Positions 36,005 through 44,528 of a DNA stretch of 64,000 nucleotides are shown here, one piece after another. This DNA comes from Candidatus Pacearchaeota archaeon (GTDB taxonomy: Archaea > Nanobdellota > Nanobdellia > Pacearchaeales > GW2011-AR1): positions 271-64,270 of the forward strand of contig JACPHA010000017.1 of assembly GCA_016188825.1 (NCBI GenBank), read 5' to 3'. Within the stretch, counting starts at the first letter, position 1. Each line of letters starts with the position of its first letter. The notes beneath the pieces were generated by a model. It did not search any database. It saw only the letters and a list, made by a program, of their open reading frames with translations, and was not told the origin of the DNA. Position numbers and translations under genes: made by a program.

Positions 36005-36385
36005 CTATTGAGGCAACCCGCATCCACTATTCTGGCTTAATTGCTCAAGGCTTAATTCCCCGGTCATTCTTTTTCCATTTCCAAATTCCCATGTAGGATA
36101 TGCTTCAATTCCAGCATTGTTGCACACTTGTGTCTGTCCTGCGTTATTTGGCAAAGAACACTCAACATAGTTTATATACTTCCAACTGCTTTCGAACATC
36201 GCTTTCTGGTTGTTGCAATGAGGGCACCAGTAAGCGCCATACATTTTAACTCCATTGTTTTTCAAGCACTGCGCAAATTCGTCATAACTTCCCGTTGCTA
36301 TTACATTTCCGGTTATGTTCGGCTTCACAAGAAAAAATATCAAAACTGCAATAAACAATCCAATAATAACATATTTTGCTTTCAT
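36005..36385 (-). CDS. membrane-anchored thioredoxin-like protein of the type fused to bacterial VKOR
   Basis: N-terminal TM. VKMYGAYWCPHCNNQKAMF...INYVEC...AGIEAYPTWEF closely parallels the Trx-like domain of cyanobacterial VKOR fusions (YGAYWCPHCxxQK...YVEC...YPTW). Confidence 0.75.
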   Translation of the reverse strand: MKAKYVIIGLFIAVLIFFLVKPNITGNVIATGSYDEFAQCLKNNGVKMYGAYWCPHCNNQKAMFESSWKYINYVECSLPNNAGQTQVCNNAGIEAYPTWEFGNGKRMTGELSLEQLSQNSGCGLPQ

Positions 36386-36437
36386 ATAAAAAGAATCATA
36401 TAATACTTTTTAAACCTATTTGCTTTAACAAATATGA

Positions 36438-36719
36438 ATGAGGACTCACTACATTGATTTAAAAGAGGGAAACAGATTGAGAATAACAAGTTCAAGAGGG
36501 ATAGAAGCTGTTTTAGACATTGACATATTAAACCCAGATGGCAGCATGAAAGTTCATAATCATAATCATTATATGAGCTTTAAAAGAAATGTTGAAGTTG
36601 GAGATAACTTGCCCGTTTGCAAATATGTCGTAATCTACAATTTTGGCAACAGAGGTTATGGAAAAAGAGCTCATGTCAGAATTCAATTATTAAACGGGAG
36701 AGAATATAAAAAAGAGTAA
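36438..36719 (+). CDS. hypothetical 93-aa protein
   Basis: ORF only. Confidence 0.45.
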   Translation: MRTHYIDLKEGNRLRITSSRGIEAVLDIDILNPDGSMKVHNHNHYMSFKRNVEVGDNLPVCKYVVIYNFGNRGYGKRAHVRIQLLNGREYKKE

Positions 36720-36720
36720 G

Positions 36721-37158
36721 TCAATTCAAATTAACGTAAACCCTTGTTGGCGGATAAGAATATCTCGGGTTGTAATATCCTGTGTCAAAATAATTATAAT
36801 TTCTCGGATAACTATAACTAGGATATCTGTAATATTGTCTATACCACGGGCGATAATCATAACCTCCATAGCCTCCGCCATATCCTCCATAGCCTCCAAA
36901 TCCAGGGCCTTGTCTTGTTGTTATCATATAATGCCTTGTAGTTTCATAACTTCCATCAGGCAAATATATCGCATCAACCTCTCTTGTGTAATCAAATCTA
37001 TTGGAATAACTCATTCCTGGGGCATATCCCCCATAATTCCCGTATCCCCTCGGCATTCCGTAATACCCACCATAATCTCCTCCGCCATGATAATAAGCAC
37101 TACCAAAGCCCACTAAAAAAATCAATGCAAAAAATCCCACAATTAATTTTTTGCTCAT
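36721..37158 (-). CDS. secreted Gly/Tyr-rich low-complexity protein
   Basis: Signal peptide MSKKLIVGFFALIFLVGFGSA. About 31 Tyr in 145 aa by hand count. Contains GYGGYGGGYGGYDY and YYRYPSYSYPRNYNY. Confidence 0.6.
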   Translation of the reverse strand: MSKKLIVGFFALIFLVGFGSAYYHGGGDYGGYYGMPRGYGNYGGYAPGMSYSNRFDYTREVDAIYLPDGSYETTRHYMITTRQGPGFGGYGGYGGGYGGYDYRPWYRQYYRYPSYSYPRNYNYFDTGYYNPRYSYPPTRVYVNLN

Positions 37159-37232
37159 AACAATTTAATCAATACCAAGTATATAAATATTTCGCTGGCG
37201 TCATTTTTTAGTCATATCAGAAAAATTTATAA

Positions 37233-37739
37233 ATGAGTCGGCATGTTTATTACATGGGTTTATTAGAATTTTGTGATAAGCATGCAGGAAAGTTAATGTT
37301 GGGCGGAGCAATTGGGTTATCTGGAGTCATATATGGTTTTTCAAGCGAGGTTAAAGAAAGCGCAAAGACAGTTAATGAAATAAAAAAAGCGGTTCCGGAA
37401 TATGTAAGAATAGAAAAAGTTAACGAAGATATTTCTGATTTGAAAAGAGAATTTAATAGAGAAATTACTCTAAGAGACGCAATAGTTTTGACGAGTTATG
37501 AAAGTCCGGAAAGAAAAAATTATGCTGAGATGCTGGCAAGATATGAGAGTTTGCAAGAAGAACAAAAAAAGTTAAACTCTTCTCCGGAAATTAAAAAAGC
37601 TAGAGATTCTTTATATACAATAAATGGCGAAAAAATAATTGGTTTGACAGCACTATATTTTGCTTCTTTTTTTTCTCTTGGTTTGGGCGCCTGTGGATTT
37701 GTGAATAGACCAAAAAAACAAAAACCATTTTTAATTTAA
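37233..37739 (+). CDS. hypothetical protein with N- and C-terminal hydrophobic segments and a central coiled region
   Basis: ORF only. An alternative start at 37254 is possible, given tttataaa at 37226. Confidence 0.5.
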   Translation: MSRHVYYMGLLEFCDKHAGKLMLGGAIGLSGVIYGFSSEVKESAKTVNEIKKAVPEYVRIEKVNEDISDLKREFNREITLRDAIVLTSYESPERKNYAEMLARYESLQEEQKKLNSSPEIKKARDSLYTINGEKIIGLTALYFASFFSLGLGACGFVNRPKKQKPFLI

Positions 37740-37741
37740 AA

Positions 37742-38272
37742 TCAAAATCTCCAATTATAATATCCTAATTCAGGATCATAACCGGGTTTGTAATAATAAT
37801 CTTTGTAACTTCCCAAACCATCAATTCTCGGGTCATATGCAACCCTATATCTATAATTGCTTGCCGGATAAACTTTATTATCATAATCATAATAAAATGC
37901 CTCTCCAGATTTTTTGTCAAACGCAATGTCGTAACGAGAATAAGCAGACCTTTCAATAAATCTTATAGCCTTTCTCTTAACTAAATAATCTTTCAAATCG
38001 TCAAGATCATCAAAATAAAATCCTCTGTAATAAGGATCTGAAACGTAAATATCATAACCATTATAATAGGGATAATTTCTATCCGGCGTTATTGAAAAAT
38101 AATATGCTCCTGTTCCATAATAATTATCATAACTATAAGCAAAATTCGGTGAAACTCTGTTAAATTTGTAAGAATCATAATAGTCGTGGTTTGCATCAAC
38201 TCCCTGCACAAAAGCAATTAAGCTAAACAAAGCGAAAATGCAAAACATTGTTTTTTTGATTTTTTTTGTCAT
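37742..38272 (-). CDS. secreted Tyr-rich protein
   Basis: Signal peptide ..FALFSLIAFVQGVDA. About 34 Tyr in 176 aa by hand count (YYDSY, AYSYDNYYGTGAYY, DYYYKPGYDPELGYYNW). Confidence 0.6.
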   Translation of the reverse strand: MTKKIKKTMFCIFALFSLIAFVQGVDANHDYYDSYKFNRVSPNFAYSYDNYYGTGAYYFSITPDRNYPYYNGYDIYVSDPYYRGFYFDDLDDLKDYLVKRKAIRFIERSAYSRYDIAFDKKSGEAFYYDYDNKVYPASNYRYRVAYDPRIDGLGSYKDYYYKPGYDPELGYYNWRF

Positions 38273-38277
38273 AAGAT

Positions 38278-38694
38278 TTACCTCAATTCGGGCGGTATTT
38301 TTAAATTTTCTGCCAACTGTTCCAAATTTTTTTTATCGCTAAAGAATTTAGGATAACGATTTATCGCTTCCCAGTAAAAATGCATTCCTGCTGCAGTGTC
38401 AGCATCTTTGACGTCGGCATTTAGAAATACATTCGAATAAGGAGCATCAAGAGGATATAACATGCCCCCAAGCGTTCCAAACGCTTCAGTATTCTTTTCT
38501 AATTGCGCGCCGTATACCAAAACCCTGCCCGCATCTTGTCCTTCAAATAATCTTATTGCAACATCTTTTACTAATTCTAAAGAAACAAGCTTAACCCCAA
38601 AATAATGGGGGGCTTCCAATTCTAAATAATTTCTCATTGCTTTTTCTGCCTCTTGACGATTGTCCAAATCCAAAATTTCTTGCTTTTTTCTCAT
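38278..38694 (-). CDS. hypothetical 138-aa protein
   Basis: ORF only. Lies 5 nt upstream of the Tyr-rich gene on the same strand. Confidence 0.5.
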   Translation of the reverse strand: MRKKQEILDLDNRQEAEKAMRNYLELEAPHYFGVKLVSLELVKDVAIRLFEGQDAGRVLVYGAQLEKNTEAFGTLGGMLYPLDAPYSNVFLNADVKDADTAAGMHFYWEAINRYPKFFSDKKNLEQLAENLKIPPELR

Positions 38695-38795
38695 CTTTTT
38701 CCATACTTCCAGGCATTTATAAATCTTTCTTAAATAGTTATTTTAAAGTGGTCACAAAACAAAAAGTTTATAAAGTTTTTTCCCTTTTTCGCTCT

Positions 38796-39035
38796 ATGAA
38801 AACAATAGAATATTTAGCAAATACCTCTCTTACAATAGAAGCAGGAGTTTCAAAACTAGCTGAAAAATTGGGAATTAATTATCAAATAGGCGATATCCCA
38901 GATATAATCGCACCATCGAAACAAATTGTAAGATATTTTGGAGAGGGTTTTCTAGAACAATTTAAAGGAAAAAATCTTGAAGAGCTAATAAGAATCGGAG
39001 TTTTAACAGCCTTTATGTATACAAGTTTATGTTGA
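38796..39035 (+). CDS. hypothetical 79-aa protein (start trimmed)
   Basis: ORF track gives 38637..39035, which overlaps the divergent gene. An internal ATG at 38796 removes the overlap. Confidence 0.35.
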   Translation: MKTIEYLANTSLTIEAGVSKLAEKLGINYQIGDIPDIIAPSKQIVRYFGEGFLEQFKGKNLEELIRIGVLTAFMYTSLC

Positions 39036-39097
39036 CATGAAAACTTGCAAAAGAAAGTTTTAATAACTCAATATTCAAAATGAAAAAGGAGGTTAAA

Positions 39098-39295
39098 ATG
39101 AAAAAAACAAACACAAAAAGAAAAGTTGCAGATTGCAGGCTTTTTCCAAGTGAAAGCGGTTGTTCATTGACAATTACTGGCACTGAAGAAGAAGTTCTGA
39201 AAGTTGCGGTGAGGCATGCAGTAGAAGAACATGGACACGAAGACACATCAGAACTTAGAGAACAAATAAGAGGTTTATTGGCAGATGAGAAATAA
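39098..39295 (+). CDS. DUF1059-family small metal-binding protein
   Basis: KVADCRLFPSESGCSLTITGTEEEVLKVAVRHAVEEHGH pattern. SD aaggaggt lies directly upstream of ATG 39098. Confidence 0.7.
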   Translation: MKKTNTKRKVADCRLFPSESGCSLTITGTEEEVLKVAVRHAVEEHGHEDTSELREQIRGLLADEK

Positions 39296-39326
39296 TTTTA
39301 TTTTAGGTTTAAACAACAAAATAAAA

Positions 39327-39334
39327 TTTAAAAA
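39327..39334 (+). promoter_or_regulatory. TATA-box candidate for tRNA-Asp
   Basis: tttaaaaa ends 24 nt before the tRNA 5' end. Confidence 0.4.
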
Positions 39335-39357
39335 CTAAGAAAAATCAATAGCTATGT

Positions 39358-39487
39358 GCCTCGCTAGTTTAGTGGCTAAAACACATCCCTGTCGCGGATG
39401 GGGAAACTACGTTTTCCCTATAACCCCTTCATGGGGAAGTTAGTCCGCAGAGCGGATGAGTCCCGAGTTCGATTCTCGGGCGGGGCG
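39358..39487 (+). tRNA. tRNA-Asp (anticodon GUC) interrupted by a 58-nt intron compatible with the canonical 37/38 position
   Basis: Hand fold gives acceptor GCCTCGC/GCGGGGC (one G-U), D arm GTTT/AAAC and anticodon stem CATCC/GGATG. The loop is CTGTCGC (GTC at 39391-39393). The T arm is CCGAG-TTCGATT-CTCGG and the discriminator is G. The intron spans about 39395-39452. A 7-nt GCGGATG duplication makes the exact junction ambiguous. No CCA is encoded. Confidence 0.8.
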
Positions 39488-39662
39488 TTTATGGGATTGA
39501 AAATCCCATCAAATTCCGACGGCTTGTGCCTGTGGCAAACAATATTTGCGAAGCAAATTCAATTTGTTATGATATGATGGAACAGGGATTTATACGCAAT
39601 CGAATTTTCACTTTAAAGAGGGGGTTTCCTTAACAACAGTAATTTCAATCCAATTTGAACTT

Positions 39663-40598
39663 ATGAGAAGTTATTTAAATAACAACATTTTAATTAAAAT
39701 TATGAGAGCATTAAAACTATTAATCATATTGGTATTACCTTTATTATTGGCAAATACGGCATTTGCATTGTCATGTGCTCCAACCTTTCCAAAAATTGGA
39801 GTAATTTCTGATTTTTCTTTGGATAAGTCATACTACACTATAATTCTTGATAATGTTCAGTCTTTTGAAACTTCAAATATAATGAAGAATAATTTTTGTG
39901 CGATTGATGAATATGAAACTATTGTTGGAAAATATGTTAATGATGAAAAATTACTTGAACAACCAGAACATGCATGGAGTCCAAATTCAACATCAATGCC
40001 TAAAAATGCTTTTGAAAAAATAGAAGTTGACAGAGGCGATATTTTAATTCAAGGTCCACCATCTCATGTTTGCAGTTATCGCTTTTTTGGAATTTTTTCA
40101 CCGGACGGACAATTGAAATATGTTGTCATTAATGATGCATTTAGCGACTATTCTTACAACGAATATAGAATCGAAGTAACTCCCGGCAAAGAAATTGATT
40201 GTGAGAATGATTATTACTGCAAAGTTCAAGTGGATTATAAAGTCGCCAATGAAAAATTCACTCTAACTTTAGATCAATCATATTCTCCCAAAGTATCTAC
40301 ATTTAATTCATTTAGATTATTAGATTCAAGTGACTATAAACAAAGAGATGATGATACTCAAATATTTGATTGGGGAATTGGAAAACATCTAACTTATGTA
40401 ATCGAGTTTTCTGATTCTTCAGATAAAACTAAATGCGTTTATATCAAAAAACCTGATGAAAAAACAGGCTGTCAATACTTCCCTATTTATGATAGTAACA
40501 ATGAGTGCATAATTGATTATCAAGAAAAATGTGAAGTTATTGATTCAAGAAATATTTTTCAAAAATTTATTAATTGGATTATATCTTTTTTTTCTTAA
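39663..40598 (+). CDS. secreted hypothetical protein with several Cys
   Basis: Signal peptide MRALKLLIILVLPLLLANTAFALSC; the real start may be 39702. No motif recognised. Confidence 0.55.
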   Translation: MRSYLNNNILIKIMRALKLLIILVLPLLLANTAFALSCAPTFPKIGVISDFSLDKSYYTIILDNVQSFETSNIMKNNFCAIDEYETIVGKYVNDEKLLEQPEHAWSPNSTSMPKNAFEKIEVDRGDILIQGPPSHVCSYRFFGIFSPDGQLKYVVINDAFSDYSYNEYRIEVTPGKEIDCENDYYCKVQVDYKVANEKFTLTLDQSYSPKVSTFNSFRLLDSSDYKQRDDDTQIFDWGIGKHLTYVIEFSDSSDKTKCVYIKKPDEKTGCQYFPIYDSNNECIIDYQEKCEVIDSRNIFQKFINWIISFFS

Positions 40599-40888
40599 TT
40601 CATTTACAACAAACGGAAACCCCACATAAAATTTAGTCTGCTTCGCAGAAATTGATAATGAAGTGAAAATTCGACTCTCTCCGCTTCGCTCCGAGCCACG
40701 TTGCACTCTCCTTTCAGTCGGGACAGATAACAGCGATTTAATGGAAACCTCGTTGCACTTCGGTTTCCCAAATTCAATTTCAGCTCTGTAAATTTCTCCA
40801 GCTCTGTTCGGATTTTTCAGCTCTGAACTGCGGTTTGAGGAAAAATTCTCACGAGGTCGAAATTTACGAGGAAATTGAACTTCGTTAA

Positions 40889-41236
40889 ATCGCATACGTT
40901 TATAAGATAAATAATGAAACAAGATTATTTTTAAGAAATGGACATCCATCTTGGCTCATTAAATCAAAACTCGGTAGATGCGGAGAAGATGCGAGATATT
41001 TTGTAAGAGTAATGGATTACTTGGGACATGAAGCCAGAATTATAGAACCACAAGGCATAGACCATGCACTTGCAGAGTATACAACAAGTGAGGGTTATAA
41101 GATTGTAGTTGACCCTTCTAGCAATGATGTTGGAATAAATCTAAATGAATGGGCTAAAGAGAGAAATGTAACTAAAAAAATTGCTGAATATCCAGACGGA
41201 GAAAAGAAGGATGTTACAAGAGATTTTTTAGAATAG
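40889..41236 (+). pseudogene. transglutaminase-like (papain-fold Cys/His/Asp) domain remnant whose catalytic Cys lies upstream of the first ATG
   Basis: The open frame from 40889 reads ..NGHPSWLIKSKLGRCGEDARYFVRVMDYLGHEARIIEPQGIDHALAEYTTSEGYKIVVDPSSND. The order GxCxxxA ... H ... D matches a transglutaminase core. The only ATG (41012) lies after the Cys. Confidence 0.4.
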
Positions 41237-41564
41237 AAAACCTAAGTTTTTCTTCAAACAGTAGAAACCATCTGAGGACTAGGCAATCCCATATCTTGTT
41301 GGATTAATCGGCGGAGTAGCTCTTGGTCTTGCTTGGGTCGGCTTAGCATTATTTAGAGATGCAGATTTTTATTAGTATATGGTCTTCCAATGTGTGAGAC
41401 CATAACATATGTCCTGGGTAATTAACGTAATCTCGCCGACGATACTCTATTTAACTATTTATTAACAATAAAACTGAATAATTTTGTTAGATTTTAAAGG
41501 GGGGCATATGTCAACAATAGTCTTCCTCAATAATATTTAAGTATTTACTAATATTAATAATTAA

Positions 41565-42713
41565 ATGCAAAAAAGAGCAAAATCGGAATCTCCAGGAAAA
41601 GCAAGGCTGATTGTAATAAACTTCATCCGCTTAATTTTAATCCTCGGTTTTCTCGGCGGAATTTACTATAACAGAAAGCTTGTTTTAATAATGTCTGTGT
41701 CTGCATTTGTCCTGACTTTTGCTCCTGCAATAATTCAAAGAATTTTCAAGACAAAACTGCCTGCAAGTTTTGAGGTAATTGTTTTGTTTTTTATTTATGG
41801 TATTCTATTCATTGGTAATATTCGAGGATTATTCGCAGAATTTTGGTGGTGGGACATCCTGCTAAATCTGCTCGGCGCAACAATTCTCGGTTTGATTGCA
41901 TTGGCTGTTCTATATACTCTGCAAAAAGAAAAAGTAATAAATGCAAGTCCCTATGTTGTCTCAATCTTTTCTTTCTGCTTTGCCGTTGCGTTTGGTGCAA
42001 TCTGGGAGCTCTTTGAATTTGGAATGGACATTATAGTGGGTTTCAATCTGCAAAAATCAGCTGTTGATACTATGGAAGACTTGGGTGTAACCGTTTTGGG
42101 AGCCTTTTTTGTTTCTTTGGCAGGATATTATTATATAAAAAATGGAAAAATAAATGTCATGAGCAAGTTTGTTACAAACGTTGTTAATAAATATCCAAAA
42201 TTTTTCAAATCAAAAGAAAATCCAGAAAATAATAAGGAGGAAATTTTATCAATCCTTAAAAAAGGAGAAAACCACAAACTTGAATTTAAGTCAACATTAA
42301 GAAAAAACCTTCATACAAACGAGTATGACAAAAAAATCGAACATTCTGTATTAAAAACAGTCAATGCTTACCTAAATTCTGACGGCGGAACCTTGCTTGT
42401 TGGAGTTTCAAACAATGGCGAAGTAACAGGAATTGAGCAAGATGATTTTCCAGACAATGACAAATTAAATCTCTATTTCACAAATCTTCTTAAGCAGCAC
42501 ATAGGCTCTGAATTTTTGCCTTATATAAAATATGACATAATTAATCTGAATGGTAAACACGTTTTAAAAATTGATTGCGCACCCTGCAATAAGCATGTTT
42601 TTCTTAAAACAGGACAAGAAGAAGAATTTTATATCAGAAACGGCCCTTCAAGTGCAAGACTTTCCGGCAGCGCTTTAATCGATTATATTAATAATAAATT
42701 TATGAATAAGTAA
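41565..42713 (+). CDS. membrane-anchored AlbA_2 / Schlafen-like (divergent AAA_4) domain protein
   Basis: The N-terminal ~190 aa has 5-6 TM helices (WELFEFGMD...DTMEDL). The C-terminus KKGENHKLEFKSTL...NAYLNSDGGTLLVGVSNNGEVTGIE matches the AlbA_2 core. Confidence 0.7.
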   Translation: MQKRAKSESPGKARLIVINFIRLILILGFLGGIYYNRKLVLIMSVSAFVLTFAPAIIQRIFKTKLPASFEVIVLFFIYGILFIGNIRGLFAEFWWWDILLNLLGATILGLIALAVLYTLQKEKVINASPYVVSIFSFCFAVAFGAIWELFEFGMDIIVGFNLQKSAVDTMEDLGVTVLGAFFVSLAGYYYIKNGKINVMSKFVTNVVNKYPKFFKSKENPENNKEEILSILKKGENHKLEFKSTLRKNLHTNEYDKKIEHSVLKTVNAYLNSDGGTLLVGVSNNGEVTGIEQDDFPDNDKLNLYFTNLLKQHIGSEFLPYIKYDIINLNGKHVLKIDCAPCNKHVFLKTGQEEEFYIRNGPSSARLSGSALIDYINNKFMNK

Positions 42714-43031
42714 AGCAAAAAAACAGCTTTTGTTTAGTTAAAAGGTGATAAATCTTGTTGGTTGTCAATCAATCGACGGCATTTGCTAATTATGGGTTAG
42801 CTAAAAAGAGTGGTTATTGGGACTGTAGTTAATTAACATTTATAGACAATAAAATAACTGGATTTGTAATTCCATCACCCGTTCAGTTAACAGTACCAAA
42901 AAACAAAAGGTTTATAAAAAATAAAATCTTTAAAATACAACAAAGGGGCGTAAAAATAAAATGGCAAAGAAAAAAAAGGCCGGGAGTAAGGGGAAAATGA
43001 AAAAGTATTACTCCAAGAAAAAAAAGAGGGG

Positions 43032-43763
43032 CTAATTCTTTAAGAATCTCGGCAGCGTTTCTTTAATTAAAAATTTATTATAAATTGGCTTGCATATTCT
43101 GGAGACTAATCCATTCAGGCTATAAGGCAATCTCGCCAATCTTATATGTCCTTTAGAAACCCAAGGATCAATAGGATATTTCAAAAATTTTCTGACAAAT
43201 CTTGCTCTTTCTTCAAAATTCATGTACCGCGCTTTTTTGTCAAAAACATAAACGTGGAAGCCGCGCCCGGAATAAACAATCTCAACTTTTTTGAATTCTC
43301 TTTTCAACTCCATCGCCATCTTCACTGCATATTTATAAGCTTCTTTAATCAGTGTATTGCTTATTTTCTCCCCCCCAAGTTTTTTTCCTTGAATATTGTC
43401 AACATCAATATCAAACATGAATTCCTGCGCAACAAATTCCTTAAATTTTAATGTCCTCAAAACTCTTTCAGGTTTTTTATATCGGCTTCTGTCATAATAA
43501 ACATCTTCAGGAACATATTTTTTTATTTTTTCTTTTAATTCATCAAATTTAACATAAAGCATTTCTCCTTTCAAGTTCTTGTCAATAATTATTCCCGTAT
43601 CCCCGCCAGCATCAATCGCGCATATCTGCGGCAATTTCAACCCGTTTTTCCTAAACCATTTCTTAACTTTCTCAATAGAAAATTCTCTCTCATAAAATTC
43701 TTTCCTCTCTTGCAAACTGCTAGGATAAAAACTTTCTTTTAAATTCACCTCTGTTTTTCTCAT
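43032..43763 (-). CDS. priS: DNA primase small (catalytic) subunit PriS, compact form
   Basis: AEP motifs FMFDIDVDN, YSGRGFHVYV and HIRLARLPYSLN. Confidence 0.8.
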   Translation of the reverse strand: MRKTEVNLKESFYPSSLQERKEFYEREFSIEKVKKWFRKNGLKLPQICAIDAGGDTGIIIDKNLKGEMLYVKFDELKEKIKKYVPEDVYYDRSRYKKPERVLRTLKFKEFVAQEFMFDIDVDNIQGKKLGGEKISNTLIKEAYKYAVKMAMELKREFKKVEIVYSGRGFHVYVFDKKARYMNFEERARFVRKFLKYPIDPWVSKGHIRLARLPYSLNGLVSRICKPIYNKFLIKETLPRFLKN

Positions 43764-43908
43764 GTCTTTAATTAGAATTATTTATTTTAATACTTTATGT
43801 ACCCTATCATTTTTTAACAAATTGAATTTATTGAAGGTTTGCCAGAAGGATTAACTAAAAATTGGATTCCATAAAAACGCTTTTAAACTCTTTTTCTCTG
43901 TTTGAATT

Positions 43909-44505
43909 ATGAAATTTGCAGAACAGGAAAAAAGGGATTTGCTCAATGCCGGCTTAATAATTTCTTTAGCATTTGCCATTCTCCTTTCTGGAGGCTATAA
44001 AATTTTGCTTGTCTTTGAGCCAAAAATTTTCATGGCTTTTATCATGGCTTTCTTCACAGCAGGCCTTGGATTTTTACTTCATGAACTAATGCATAAATAT
44101 GTTGCTCAATCCTATGGTTTTTATGCAAAATTCGTTGCTTTCTATAATATGCTCTGGCTTTCTTTATTATTTTCTTTGTTCGGGTTTATTTTCGCAGCGC
44201 CTGGAGCGGTTTTTATCAAGGGAAATATAAACAAAGAGCAAAATGGAAAAATTTCCCTTGCGGGTCCACTAACTAACATTATTCTTTCTGTGGTTTTCCT
44301 AATGCCAATTCTAATCTTTAATTTATCAGGAATTGCAAAAAGCTTTTTTGATTTTGGTCTAACAATAAACTCTTTGCTTGCGGCTTTCAACATGCTACCA
44401 GTAACACCATTTGATGGCGCAAAAATAATAGCATGGAGCAAATCAATTTACTTTTTAACCCTAATAATTGCAATTGTTTTGTTTGTTTCAGGTATGTTGC
44501 TTTAG
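43909..44505 (+). CDS. M50-family (site-2 protease-like) membrane metalloprotease
   Basis: LLHELMHKYVAQ (HExxH in a TM helix) and NMLPVTPFDGAKI. Confidence 0.8.
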   Translation: MKFAEQEKRDLLNAGLIISLAFAILLSGGYKILLVFEPKIFMAFIMAFFTAGLGFLLHELMHKYVAQSYGFYAKFVAFYNMLWLSLLFSLFGFIFAAPGAVFIKGNINKEQNGKISLAGPLTNIILSVVFLMPILIFNLSGIAKSFFDFGLTINSLLAAFNMLPVTPFDGAKIIAWSKSIYFLTLIIAIVLFVSGMLL

Positions 44506-44528
44506 CATAAGTTTTATAAATCCAATTC

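Noticed and set aside
40664-40690. ttcgactctc as a duplicated tRNA-Asp T-arm (att site)
   Set aside because: It shares only about 9 of 10 nt with ttcgattctc and shows no extension into the acceptor stem. That is too weak compared with the tRNA-Lys case.
40781-40825. cagctctg x3 as a mini CRISPR-like array
   Set aside because: There are only three 8-nt words at 18-19-nt spacing. The repeats are far too short, and there are no cas genes. It is reported only as part of the odd patch.
40545-40949. 134-aa minus-strand ORF from the track
   Set aside because: Its Arg/Ser/Phe-rich composition is unlike every other protein here. It has no SD, it overlaps the 3' end of 39663..40598, and it spans the repeat-word patch. 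I treated it as non-coding or decayed DNA.
42961-43035. 24-codon Lys-rich ORF (MAKKKKAGSKGKMKKYYSKKKKRG)
   Set aside because: It could simply reflect the A-rich sequence. It has a weak SD at non-optimal spacing and overlaps the priS stop, so the evidence is insufficient to call it.
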